This document shows positions 30,013-39,628 of a DNA stretch of 60,090 nucleotides, piece by piece. This DNA is from a virus (Duplodnaviria; Caudoviricetes). The stretch spans positions 1-60,090 of the IMG/VR virus record IMGVR_UViG_3300006921_003877, one strand, 5' to 3'. Within the stretch, counting starts at the first letter, position 1; each line of letters starts with the position of its first letter. A model generated the notes under the pieces. That model was not told the origin of the DNA and did no database searches. It was given only the letters and a program-made list of their open reading frames with translations. Made by a program: the position numbers and the translations under genes.

Positions 30013-31149
30013 TTATTTATTTCCTAAATAAGAATCAACAGTTTTTTCAACAAACGATCTTAAAGTTCCTGCGATGTCTCCACCTCGTTCCTCACTATCA
30101 CCATCTCCATAAAGCATATCTTCACTTACCTCTTCATCTTCAAAATCTTCAAATCCAGATAAGTCTAACTCATCATCCATCCCTGTGTCAAGCCCATCAA
30201 TCTCCATCTCAGTGTCATCTTCCTCTTCTGGTGCCCCACCTGGCATTCCTATTTGTGGTGTGTCAGGAGTACCAAACTCTTCTTCGCCAGTACCTGCGTT
30301 TTTAACTTTTTTGATTATATCTAATTTATCTTCATCAGTTAATTCACCTAAATTAAGTGCTGAAAATACAGAATTAACAACATATTTAGTTAATTCGGTA
30401 TCAACCAAATTTTGGTCCTCTCCTTGTCTTAAGGCTTGTCCTAATTTACCAGTTAAAGATTGTATTTCTTTTTCTGGTGATTCTTCGCCTCCCCCTAATT
30501 CTCTTTCTATGGAAGAAACTTCAGCATCAAAATCTATTGCTCCACTTGGGGGTGCCGCAACATCATCTGTACTAGTAGGTCCTGGTAAAGACGGTTCTTG
30601 AATATCTACATCGACATCAACTTCTGGTCTTGGTGGTTCAGGTCTTGATGGTGCACCATCTTTTTTAACTAATCCAGGTCTCGCCGCCCTTGCCGGTGCT
30701 CCTCCTTGTGGTGGAGTTGGAGTTGCTGGTGCTTGTGGTGCCATAGGTGGTACTGGTGCATCAACTTCTGGTGGTGGTGCTTGTTCTAATTTAGTTCTCT
30801 TTGGTACTTTTACCACATATTTTTTTTCTTCAAATAAATTAATTCCTTCTTCATAATTTTGGTATACTTCATTTAGAGATGAAAATAAAAAATTCATTTG
30901 TTTGAGAGCTCCCGAATAAGATTTATGTTGGTATGTCTTTTTATTACGTCTTCCATCAATATGAACGTATCCACGAGGGGTGGACTCCATTACATAGTAA
31001 TGAGCATTTTCTTTTACAATACCGTAAGCCGTCCCATTAGGGGATTCGTATTCTTTTAATATAGTAGTGGGTGTAGAATTTTTAGGAGATTTTATATTCA
31101 TCATCTCTTTCATTCTTTCTATTTCACTTTTTCCTTTTAATTTTTTCAT
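30013..31149 (-). CDS. Hypothetical protein with Pro-rich linker and acidic tail, probably head associated
   Basis: N-terminal SEIERMKEMM helix; LKE and LNE sites. Confidence 0.55.
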   Translation of the reverse strand: MKKLKGKSEIERMKEMMNIKSPKNSTPTTILKEYESPNGTAYGIVKENAHYYVMESTPRGYVHIDGRRNKKTYQHKSYSGALKQMNFLFSSLNEVYQNYEEGINLFEEKKYVVKVPKRTKLEQAPPPEVDAPVPPMAPQAPATPTPPQGGAPARAARPGLVKKDGAPSRPEPPRPEVDVDVDIQEPSLPGPTSTDDVAAPPSGAIDFDAEVSSIERELGGGEESPEKEIQSLTGKLGQALRQGEDQNLVDTELTKYVVNSVFSALNLGELTDEDKLDIIKKVKNAGTGEEEFGTPDTPQIGMPGGAPEEEDDTEMEIDGLDTGMDDELDLSGFEDFEDEEVSEDMLYGDGDSEERGGDIAGTLRSFVEKTVDSYLGNK

Positions 31150-31177
31150 TTCTATTTTTAATCTTTAATTATAATGA

Positions 31178-31603
31178 TTATGTCCCAGGGTTAGCCATTG
31201 GTGGTCTACCACCTATTATTGTTTCCCCATAATTTCTATATGGAGGGGTCGTCTCACCTGAAATTGCAAATGGTGCCCTACATGGGTCATTACAATAACA
31301 CATTGAAATTACATTGTTATTTGGATCAACTCCAGCAATATCATATCCAGTGTGGTCCCAAGCAAATTGTTGACCCTTTTTTCCTAATTGTATTCGTATA
31401 TTTGACCCAGAACCATCTAAAGTAGTCGTGAGAAAATTATCGTCATCTAAACTTGAGTATAGGTGAGTACACACATATCCACTATATAGTGCTCCTGGTG
31501 AGCTAACTGTTGCACCATTTTGGTAGGTTGTACCCGTCGTTAATGCCATTAATTCGTTTGTCTTCACTAATAGAGTAGGTATTCCTGAATTTAAGTTGTT
31601 CAT
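31178..31603 (-). CDS. Hypothetical protein (Thr/Gly-rich, possibly structural)
   Basis: ORF with TATTTAT motif at 31621. Confidence 0.55.
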   Translation of the reverse strand: MNNLNSGIPTLLVKTNELMALTTGTTYQNGATVSSPGALYSGYVCTHLYSSLDDDNFLTTTLDGSGSNIRIQLGKKGQQFAWDHTGYDIAGVDPNNNVISMCYCNDPCRAPFAISGETTPPYRNYGETIIGGRPPMANPGT

Positions 31604-31630
31604 TTGTTAATTCTTTTTATATAAATATGT

Positions 31631-32386
31631 TTATTTCTTGTTATATTCCTTTATGGTCATCTTTTCATCGTAGGAGTCTTCCTTCATATCATTTAACCTT
31701 CCAATATAACCACTTCTACGTAATACTTTGAATACCAAATTTTCTATTGCGTATTCTCCACCTTCGTCTAATCCCCTAGTCCTATACTTCTTTAATTTTT
31801 CTTTAAGTTTATCAACCAAAGATATGACCTTATCGTACTTTCCTTTACGGTAAAATTTCTCAATATTGGTTATCTGTTTTGCCCACGATTTAGATTTTTT
31901 ATAGACCTCATTTTTATCTATCGTTACATTTTCTTTTTTAGGTTCAACCTCCCACTTATCATTCTCAACTGAATACACCCCTGTAGAGTGATGAGGCTCT
32001 CCAGAATCCTGAGCATAAACCTCAACATCGAAGTCTTTAATAGTTATATCATGTCTAGTATTCCAAATAGTTTTTTTCATATTAAAAAAATCCTCAACTA
32101 ATTCATGATCAGCATCTACATCATCATAATTAATAATAAGATGTAAATCAAAGTCTGAATATTGTGAATAATTGTAATTTGCGAGACTACCTGTAAGTGT
32201 CACATCTAAAAGGGGGATATCTAATTTTAAGAATTCGTAAAAGTCATTAGAAATTTCTAATAACCTTTCTCTTATTTCGGGTTTCATTTTATAACTTTCA
32301 CCGTCTTTATCCCATACTTCGGGTGATAAGGTGTTGTTATTTTGTAGAGTACTCGATGATGCTTTATTTAAGTCAGTATTTTCCAT
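31631..32386 (-). CDS. DNA polymerase-beta superfamily nucleotidyltransferase
   Basis: LTGSLANYNYSQYSDFDLH (GS...DxD) and DVEVY third acidic residue. Confidence 0.75.
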   Translation of the reverse strand: MENTDLNKASSSTLQNNNTLSPEVWDKDGESYKMKPEIRERLLEISNDFYEFLKLDIPLLDVTLTGSLANYNYSQYSDFDLHLIINYDDVDADHELVEDFFNMKKTIWNTRHDITIKDFDVEVYAQDSGEPHHSTGVYSVENDKWEVEPKKENVTIDKNEVYKKSKSWAKQITNIEKFYRKGKYDKVISLVDKLKEKLKKYRTRGLDEGGEYAIENLVFKVLRRSGYIGRLNDMKEDSYDEKMTIKEYNKK

Positions 32387-32415
32387 ATAATATAAATACT
32401 AAATAAAAAGCGTTA

Positions 32416-32724
32416 TTACTCCTTATTTTTTTCTTCTATCAACATTTGAATATGCTCAATTAATTGTTGTGTATTAACATTTACTACTTTAGTGGAAGAG
32501 TAGTTATCTCTAATCTTTTTATTTAGGAATTTTCCTTGACTCTTTGAGTGCTCAAATTCTATCAGAACTGTAGGGGGTACATTTCTATATCGATAAACGG
32601 CCCCGCTTTTGAATACGACATCTAAATCTGCCGTACCTTCATGATAAATTGATTTTAATACATTAGAGGAGTTATAGTAACTTTCTATTGTATTTTTTTC
32701 ATTTATTACTCTTTTTATTAACAT
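32416..32724 (-). CDS. KTSC domain protein
   Basis: SSNVLKSIY...LDVVFKSGAVYRYRNVP...SQGKFLNKKIR. Confidence 0.85.
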   Translation of the reverse strand: MLIKRVINEKNTIESYYNSSNVLKSIYHEGTADLDVVFKSGAVYRYRNVPPTVLIEFEHSKSQGKFLNKKIRDNYSSTKVVNVNTQQLIEHIQMLIEEKNKE

Positions 32725-32726
32725 AT

Positions 32727-32966
32727 CTATAATTTTTCTAAATTTGTACGATAAGACTTAATGTCTTCGAGGTTGTATATATCTCCTTTTTGGTGTCCAC
32801 CTTCTAGAGTTATTATAATTATAAAGTTTCCGGAGATTAACATAGCGGAATTTTCATGGGTTACCTTTATTTGTCCATTATATTCTCCTTTTTCTGTTTT
32901 TTGTATTACTATTAGTTCGATTTTTTTATAAATCTTACTTTTATCTTTTGTTATTGGATCTATCAT
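32727..32966 (-). CDS. Hypothetical protein
   Basis: 79 aa ORF co-oriented with the KTSC gene. Confidence 0.5.
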   Translation of the reverse strand: MIDPITKDKSKIYKKIELIVIQKTEKGEYNGQIKVTHENSAMLISGNFIIIITLEGGHQKGDIYNLEDIKSYRTNLEKL

Positions 32967-33053
32967 TGTTAAATATTTATATAATAATTATAAGATTTTT
33001 ATTTCATAAATAAATTCTTTATTATATATTGTTTAATGTTTATATTTTAACAG

Positions 33054-35507
33054 ATGAAAGAATTAAAACCAATAAAAAATATTATTAGAGCAGGGTTAGA
33101 AGTTGCTAAAAGTTATGACGCTTCTTCTATCAGACCGGTCCATTTATTTATGGGTGTTATTAAACACGGTAATAATAGTTCGTGCGAATTATTATTAAAT
33201 TTAGGACTAGACTTAGACTCCATTGCAAATTTAGTACAAGAATTATTACATATAAATGAGTCCGAAAGTTCATTTACAAGCATTATACCTTTTACCACCG
33301 AAGCTCAAATGGTCTTAGATAATGTTAATGCCGAAAGATTACTACTAAAAGATAAGGAGGTTAACACCCACCATTTGACGCTTTCAATATTATTTCAAAA
33401 AAATGCGGCCATTACAAGATTTTTGTCTAAATTTGGGGTTGAATATAAAACGTATAAAAAAGAATTATTAAATATGAGTATGATGTATAACGAAGAGCCT
33501 TTTGGACAAAAGGATGACGGAACAAATAAAGCAGAACCTAAAGAAACAACAAATACACCAATTCTTGACAATTTTAGTAGAGATGTAAGTGCTGAAGCCA
33601 AAAAGGGTAATTTAGATAAAATTATTGGTAGATTATCTGAAGTTGAGCGTATTGCACAAATATTAAGTAGAAGAAAAAAGAACAATCCAGTTCTTATCGG
33701 TGAACCTGGAGTGGGTAAATCCTCAATCGTAGATGGATTAGCCATAAAAATTAATGATAAAAAATGTCCTAGACCTTTAATGGGTAAAAGAGTAGTATCA
33801 TTAGATTTAACCTCTCTTGTGGCTGGGACTAAATATAGAGGACAGTTTGAAGAACGAATAAAAGGACTTCTAGATGAAGTTAGGGGAGATAAAAATATTA
33901 TTCTTTTTATTGACGAACTTCACACTATGGTTGGTGCTGGGAATTCTTCAGGATCAATGGATGCAGCTAACATTCTTAAACCAGCCCTTTCAAGAGGAGA
34001 GATACAATGTATTGGGGCCACCACTTTGGATGAATATCGAGAACATATAGAAAAAGATGGGGCATTAGAGAGAAGATTCCAAAAAGTTATGGTGGAACCC
34101 CCTACTAAAAAACAAACTTTAACAATATTAGAAAATATAAAAGAAATATATGAAGATTACCATAAAGTGACTTACACTGACGAAGCAATAAAGACTTGTG
34201 TTGATTTATCAGAAAGATATATAACTGATAGAAATTTTCCTGATAAGGCTATTGATGTGTTAGATGAAGCTGGGGCTAGAGTTGCTGTTAGTATGAAACC
34301 TCCTAAAAATATAGAGTCTGTTGAGAAACAGATAGATAATGTAAAGGAAGAAAAGAATAAGGTTGTTCTGTCACAACAGTATGAGAAAGCGGCGAATCTT
34401 AGGGATAAAGAAAAAAACCTTAAGACTAAATTAAAGAAGTTTGTAACTGAATGGGAGGATCAACTACTAAAGGAAAGACCTATTGTCGACGAAGATGGTA
34501 TACTAGAAATTATTTCGATATCCACTAACATTCCGGTCACTAAACTAAATGAAGATGAGTCCCAAAAACTTTTAGATATAGACAAAGTACTTAAAGGGGC
34601 TATAATTGGTCAGGACATGGCAATAACAAAAGTTTGTAATTCTCTAAGACGTAATAGAGTTGGTATTAAAAACCCTAATAAACCTATTGGTAGTTTTATG
34701 TTTTTAGGTCCTACCGGAGTTGGTAAAACTGAATTGGCTAAACAATTGGCTCTTGAAGTTTTTGGAACAGAAGATAGTCTTATCCGAGTAGATATGTCAG
34801 AATACTCAGAAAAGTTCGCAGCAACTAAAATGATTGGTTCTCCTCCAGGATATGTTGGATATAATGAAGGTGGTCAACTAACCGAAAAGGTACGACGTAA
34901 ACCATATTCTCTAGTTCTATTTGATGAGGTGGAGAAAGCCCATCCGGATATTTTTCATTCCTTATTACAATTACTAGATGAGGGTTTTATGACAGATGGA
35001 ATGGGAAGAAAGATTAACTTTAGAAACTGTTTAATTGTAATGACCTCTAACATAGGAATGCGTGAAGTAGAAGAATTCGGTGCGGGTGTAGGTTTCCAAA
35101 CATCTAACCACGATGACCAATACAATGATCGCGTACAAACAATTATAGATAAAAACTTAAAAAAACAGTTTAATCCTGAATTTATTAATAGATTAGACGA
35201 TATTGTGATATTCAATAAGTTGGATAAAAAAGATATCGTGAAAATTCTAGATGTTCATTTAACTTTATTAAAAGAAAGAATGTTAGATATGGGGTATACG
35301 ATAAAAGTAAATAAAAGCGCTAAAGACTTAATTGTTGAAAAGGGATATAGTGATAAGTATGGTGCGAGACCAATGACTAGAGCCATATCTAATTATTTAG
35401 AGGATGCGATAGCAGAAGAAATGTTAAAATCTAAGGTCGAAAAGGGTTCAACCTTAGCCATTAGTTATGAGAAAAAAACAAATAAAGTCAAAGTTAAAGT
35501 AAGTTAG
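33054..35507 (+). CDS. clpC: ATP-dependent Clp protease ATPase subunit ClpC
   Basis: Clp N-domain, NBD1 GEPGVGKS/FIDELH, UVR-type M domain (QQYEKAANLRD), NBD2 GPTGVGKT/FDEVEKAH and GVGF loop. Confidence 0.92.
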   Translation: MKELKPIKNIIRAGLEVAKSYDASSIRPVHLFMGVIKHGNNSSCELLLNLGLDLDSIANLVQELLHINESESSFTSIIPFTTEAQMVLDNVNAERLLLKDKEVNTHHLTLSILFQKNAAITRFLSKFGVEYKTYKKELLNMSMMYNEEPFGQKDDGTNKAEPKETTNTPILDNFSRDVSAEAKKGNLDKIIGRLSEVERIAQILSRRKKNNPVLIGEPGVGKSSIVDGLAIKINDKKCPRPLMGKRVVSLDLTSLVAGTKYRGQFEERIKGLLDEVRGDKNIILFIDELHTMVGAGNSSGSMDAANILKPALSRGEIQCIGATTLDEYREHIEKDGALERRFQKVMVEPPTKKQTLTILENIKEIYEDYHKVTYTDEAIKTCVDLSERYITDRNFPDKAIDVLDEAGARVAVSMKPPKNIESVEKQIDNVKEEKNKVVLSQQYEKAANLRDKEKNLKTKLKKFVTEWEDQLLKERPIVDEDGILEIISISTNIPVTKLNEDESQKLLDIDKVLKGAIIGQDMAITKVCNSLRRNRVGIKNPNKPIGSFMFLGPTGVGKTELAKQLALEVFGTEDSLIRVDMSEYSEKFAATKMIGSPPGYVGYNEGGQLTEKVRRKPYSLVLFDEVEKAHPDIFHSLLQLLDEGFMTDGMGRKINFRNCLIVMTSNIGMREVEEFGAGVGFQTSNHDDQYNDRVQTIIDKNLKKQFNPEFINRLDDIVIFNKLDKKDIVKILDVHLTLLKERMLDMGYTIKVNKSAKDLIVEKGYSDKYGARPMTRAISNYLEDAIAEEMLKSKVEKGSTLAISYEKKTNKVKVKVS

Positions 35508-35552
35508 AGAACATTCTTAACTTTTAGAGTATTTATTAATAAAATATATATT

Positions 35553-36128
35553 ATGTCAAGAACTATCGTAAAAAAGAAAGAACTACAAAAATTAATCTCT
35601 GAGTCTATTATAAAAAGAACGGGTGTGAATACTCCTAAACTTAGCATTGACTTCGCTAGAATGAACGAAGAAATCAATAAAGTACATAATAAGATTAGAA
35701 TCGCTATCGTAAAAGAAGAGATAAAACAACTAGACATTAGAAGTTATAAACCAATTCTTTCTGAATCATTTTATGGTACTGGAAGTAATAGACACCATCC
35801 AGGTGAATCAGCAGCCGCTGGAGCAGAAGAACTAGCTAAGATTATTGGTAATAGTATAAAATCTATGAAAGCCGGTCTCCAAAAAGCAGGAAAAATGATA
35901 AAAGATAATGAACTTGGTAAAATGATTGCTAATAGTATAATAAGATTAAGTAATACTATGTCAGTTATTGGAACTTATATGGGAGCTGGAAAATCTCAGA
36001 GAGGTGTAGACGACCAATGGTTATACAGTCAACTAACTGATATTCCTTTTCCTGATGTAGAGGCTTGTGAAGAAGGGGACGATGATGCCTGTGAAAGAGT
36101 ACAAAAATCTTTTCTTAAAGGTATGTAA
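35553..36128 (+). CDS. Hypothetical protein with putative capsid-targeting N-terminus
   Basis: Starts MSRTIVKKKELQKLISE; TATTTAT motif at 35530. Confidence 0.55.
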   Translation: MSRTIVKKKELQKLISESIIKRTGVNTPKLSIDFARMNEEINKVHNKIRIAIVKEEIKQLDIRSYKPILSESFYGTGSNRHHPGESAAAGAEELAKIIGNSIKSMKAGLQKAGKMIKDNELGKMIANSIIRLSNTMSVIGTYMGAGKSQRGVDDQWLYSQLTDIPFPDVEACEEGDDDACERVQKSFLKGM

Positions 36129-36149
36129 TTTTACAAGATGATATTAAAT

Positions 36150-36175
36150 AAAAAAACCCCTTTCGGGGTTTTTTT
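36150..36175. terminator. Bidirectional intrinsic terminator
   Basis: aaaaaaacccc-tttc-ggggttttttt between convergent genes. Confidence 0.85.
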
Positions 36176-36431
36176 ATGCTTCATCTCTATCCTCTTCGTA
36201 AACCTTACCAGCCCCTCCTAATAAAATGTTAATAAGGATTAAAGGACTGTAGATCGGAGATTTAACGTATTGAACAAATATATAGAAATTGAACCATCCA
36301 TTACTTGGAGTATTTCCTCTCTTCTTTTCAAATCTTAAATAAGTTTCATAAATTATTTCTTGATTAACTTGGATAAAGTAAGTCATAATTAATGCCGAGA
36401 TTAAAAGATAGTAAAGGATGTATTCAAACAT
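36174..36431 (-). CDS. Small two-TM membrane protein
   Basis: ATG at 36431 (MFEYILYYLLISALIM...); two hydrophobic segments. Confidence 0.5.
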   Translation of the reverse strand: MFEYILYYLLISALIMTYFIQVNQEIIYETYLRFEKKRGNTPSNGWFNFYIFVQYVKSPIYSPLILINILLGGAGKVYEEDRDEA

Positions 36432-36462
36432 AGTATTTATTTTTATATGGTTAATATTAGTG

Positions 36463-36494
36463 TAAAGATACAATAATTATTTGATAATACCAAA
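36463..36494 (-). promoter_or_regulatory. Bacteroidota-type primary-sigma promoter (candidate)
   Basis: Minus strand TTTG-N20-TATCTTTA versus the consensus TTTG-N19-21-TAnnTTTG. Confidence 0.4.
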
Positions 36495-36498
36495 TTAA

Positions 36499-37125
36499 AT
36501 GGATAAAAAGACTTTTAGAACAATACTATCACTTTCATTATTGGGGTGTCTGTTATATTATACGATGACTCTTTCACAAAAGTTTCAATCAAAGGTAGAA
36601 AATTTAACAGAAGATTTAGTAAAAACCAAACAGGAATTTTATTGTACTATAAATAGTATTAATGAGATATACCAAAGTGCTTTAGATTCTTTACCTCTAG
36701 GTTCTCCTTTAGATACTATTTCCATTTCTTCTAATTATGGAATTAGGAGAGGTCCTTTAGGTGGTGGATGGAGAATGCACTCAGGTATTGATCTTAAAGG
36801 AACAAAATGGGATACCGTATTTGCGACCGGTAACGGATTCATCTCAATGGCCACTTGGAACGCGGGATATGGTAAATGTATAAAAATTGACCATATAGAA
36901 GGGTACTCGAGTAAATACGCCCACTTATCAAAAATATTTGTTAAAAAAGGAGATTTTGTTCTTAAAGGAATGCCATTAGGAAAATGTGGAAGTACTGGTG
37001 CTAGTACAGGACAACACTTACATTATGAAATAAACATCAACGGAAAAACTGTTGACCCTTACCTATTCTTGTTCTTTGATTCTATCCTTAAGGACCGCAA
37101 TAATACCTTCTTGGAAATTAAGTAA
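36499..37125 (+). CDS. M23 family peptidoglycan endopeptidase with N-terminal membrane anchor
   Basis: HSGIDL, GYGK, YAHLS, GSTGASTGQHLHYE and VDP motifs; hydrophobic N-terminus plus coiled coil. Confidence 0.9.
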   Translation: MDKKTFRTILSLSLLGCLLYYTMTLSQKFQSKVENLTEDLVKTKQEFYCTINSINEIYQSALDSLPLGSPLDTISISSNYGIRRGPLGGGWRMHSGIDLKGTKWDTVFATGNGFISMATWNAGYGKCIKIDHIEGYSSKYAHLSKIFVKKGDFVLKGMPLGKCGSTGASTGQHLHYEININGKTVDPYLFLFFDSILKDRNNTFLEIK

Positions 37126-38466
37126 CATTTCTTTTCTCATTTCTTTAGGTAGATACATGATACCACTGATATTAGTTATACATTTATGTCCTCCTGAATT
37201 TGCTTGTATAATGTCCCAAGCAGAAACCCAACCTGATTTTAATATTTTTTGTTGTTTATCGGATAGTTTATTCTGAGGTTTATCCATTATATCCTTAAAA
37301 AGATTAGTATAACTAGAATCCTTTTCTAGATTTATCCCTCTAACTTTATCTCCATAAAAGGCCTTTAGATCAGCCAAACCAAAACCAGCACTAAATTCTT
37401 GTGTTTTACGTTCACTTGTCCATTTAATTCTATCTACTGTTATTTTTTCATTTTCTAAAACAGTTTTATATCGATTTAATACTTCTTGAGCAATATCACC
37501 TAAATTAATACCTTTTAGACTCCTCTCTTCCTTAAATGGATTACACGAAGCTTGTACTAAACCCATTGGCCAAGCAATTACAAAAAAGTTTGCATCGGGA
37601 TGGTTCTTAAATGGTACGTAACGATCATAAGATCCTGGTTTCATTAAATAACCACCACCATACTGTGAAATAATCCCATCCTCATATTTAACTTTTTCAC
37701 TATCTTTTTGTCTCTCGATATAATCTGTTTGGTTTTGTAACATTTCTTCTGGTGTTGCATAACCTTTTTCAGAAGCTATTTTTTTAATATTAATTAATAT
37801 GTTTAGTAGTGATGGTGAAGAATTCATAACTAAACTTTCTAAAAAATCAGGTTTATTTTTATAAGCTAAAAGTAATTTATTAGTCAGAAGTCCTATCATT
37901 TTTTTATTTTCAGAAGAAGATTTTTGTTTATCAATGTTTAACATAAAATTCATCACATCTTCTGGTTTAATACCGTGTTTTACAAAATCCGCTGAATCCA
38001 CTGCAGATATCATCGCTATATCTTCATTAGGGAAAATATCTTGGGGACTAACCACTTGAGAAATTGTTTCTACGTTAGAACGAGCTCCTCTAAATTGTGT
38101 AGACGTATCTTTTTCTACTCCTGATTGGGAGTCATGGTGATCGGTGTGGATTGTAAATTGAGGTTTGCCGTGAGCAAAATCAACAAGGACTGGCATAACA
38201 TCACCAGTAGCGTCTGGTTTTTTAACTTGGAATTCTTTTTCTCCGTATTGAATTACGTGTGAGTCTACCGTTTCGATGCCGTTATTTTTTAGGTATTCTC
38301 TCATTGCGATGGCCGTTGCCACCCCATCAGTATCCTGGTGAAAATATATCTCCGCCTTAGGATATCTTTGAGCCAATTTCTTAATATCCCTTATTCCAGT
38401 CTCAATAAGTAAGACTTCATTTATTATATCACCTATTTCTTGTTCTGTTAATTTTATACGTTCCAT
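37063..38466 (-). CDS. DHH-family phosphoesterase
   Basis: YFHQDTDG, VDFA, TDHH, AVDSAD and C-terminal GGH motifs. Confidence 0.75.
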   Translation of the reverse strand: MERIKLTEQEIGDIINEVLLIETGIRDIKKLAQRYPKAEIYFHQDTDGVATAIAMREYLKNNGIETVDSHVIQYGEKEFQVKKPDATGDVMPVLVDFAHGKPQFTIHTDHHDSQSGVEKDTSTQFRGARSNVETISQVVSPQDIFPNEDIAMISAVDSADFVKHGIKPEDVMNFMLNIDKQKSSSENKKMIGLLTNKLLLAYKNKPDFLESLVMNSSPSLLNILINIKKIASEKGYATPEEMLQNQTDYIERQKDSEKVKYEDGIISQYGGGYLMKPGSYDRYVPFKNHPDANFFVIAWPMGLVQASCNPFKEERSLKGINLGDIAQEVLNRYKTVLENEKITVDRIKWTSERKTQEFSAGFGLADLKAFYGDKVRGINLEKDSSYTNLFKDIMDKPQNKLSDKQQKILKSGWVSAWDIIQANSGGHKCITNISGIMYLPKEMRKEMLLNFQEGIIAVLKDRIKEQE

Positions 38467-38502
38467 ACTAAAGATAAATAGTCTAAAAAATTTCTTTGTT
38501 TA

Positions 38503-39558
38503 CTAAACCTCTTGTAACATATGGTTAGCCAAAGCACTCGACACAGTTTCTACTAATTTTTCTAGAATTAGATAGGGATCACCGTTACTAGCCGGTCTCC
38601 TATCTTCTAGATAACCTTTCCAGTTATTTTTTACTGTAGATATAGGAATACGTATACTAGACCCCCTATCACTAACTCCAAAACTAAACTTATCTATAGA
38701 TTGTGTTTCATGTAATCCTGTTAATCTTTTTTCATTGTTTGCACCATATACCTCGATATGTTCTTGGTGAAAAAATCCTAGACTTTCACAAATATCGGTA
38801 AAGAGTTTTTCTCCCCCCTTTTCTCTAGTTTCTTCTGTTGAAAAGTTCACATGCATTCCGGAACCGTTCCAATCACCTTCAACTGGTTTAGGGGATAGAT
38901 TAACAACCACTTGATATCTCTCCATTAACTTTATAAGAAGGTATCTGGAGATTATTAATTCGTCTGCGGACCTTAAAGTATTTTTAGACATTAATTGGTA
39001 TTCCCACTGACCTATCATAACTTCCGCATTAACCCCTGTAATATTTAACCCCGCCTCTAAACAGGTGTCCATATGTTCCTCAACTAAATCTCTCCCTTCT
39101 ACGTTATTGGTACCAAGGGCACAATAGTAGGGTCCTTGAGGTCTCGGATATCCTATTGCCGGAAAACCTAAAGGTTTATCCTGTATATTAGTTAAAACAT
39201 ATTCCTGTTCAAAAGCAAACCAGAACCTATGTTTATCAGCAATTTTACTTTTTTCTCTTAATTTATGTCTAGTATTTGTTTCATGGGGACTCCAATCAGG
39301 ATTTAGTACTTCACATAAAACTATAAATCCCCCATCTCTTGTAGGGTCTTTCACAATATAAACTGGTTGTAATAAACAATCGGAATTTTCTCCTGTTGCT
39401 TGTAATGTAGAACTACCATCAAAAGACCACACTGGTAAGTTTTCCACTTTAAGTCCATCTTCTATATCACCACTATCTATGATCTTTGTTTTACTTCTAA
39501 TATTTTGTTCTGGATTATATCCATCCAACCAAATATACTCTAGTTTAATCTTACTCAT
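38503..39558 (-). CDS. glnII: Glutamine synthetase type II
   Basis: LEYIWLDG, RSKT, WSFDGSST, PQGPYYC, NAEVMIGQWEYQ, GDWNGSGMH, RLTGLHET and YLEDRRPASNGDPY motifs; 351 aa. Confidence 0.95.
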   Translation of the reverse strand: MSKIKLEYIWLDGYNPEQNIRSKTKIIDSGDIEDGLKVENLPVWSFDGSSTLQATGENSDCLLQPVYIVKDPTRDGGFIVLCEVLNPDWSPHETNTRHKLREKSKIADKHRFWFAFEQEYVLTNIQDKPLGFPAIGYPRPQGPYYCALGTNNVEGRDLVEEHMDTCLEAGLNITGVNAEVMIGQWEYQLMSKNTLRSADELIISRYLLIKLMERYQVVVNLSPKPVEGDWNGSGMHVNFSTEETREKGGEKLFTDICESLGFFHQEHIEVYGANNEKRLTGLHETQSIDKFSFGVSDRGSSIRIPISTVKNNWKGYLEDRRPASNGDPYLILEKLVETVSSALANHMLQEV

Positions 39559-39628
39559 ATTTTTTCTTTTGCTTTAATTATTAATTACACTAATAATAAG
39601 ATATAAACACCAAGTAGTCAATAAAGTC

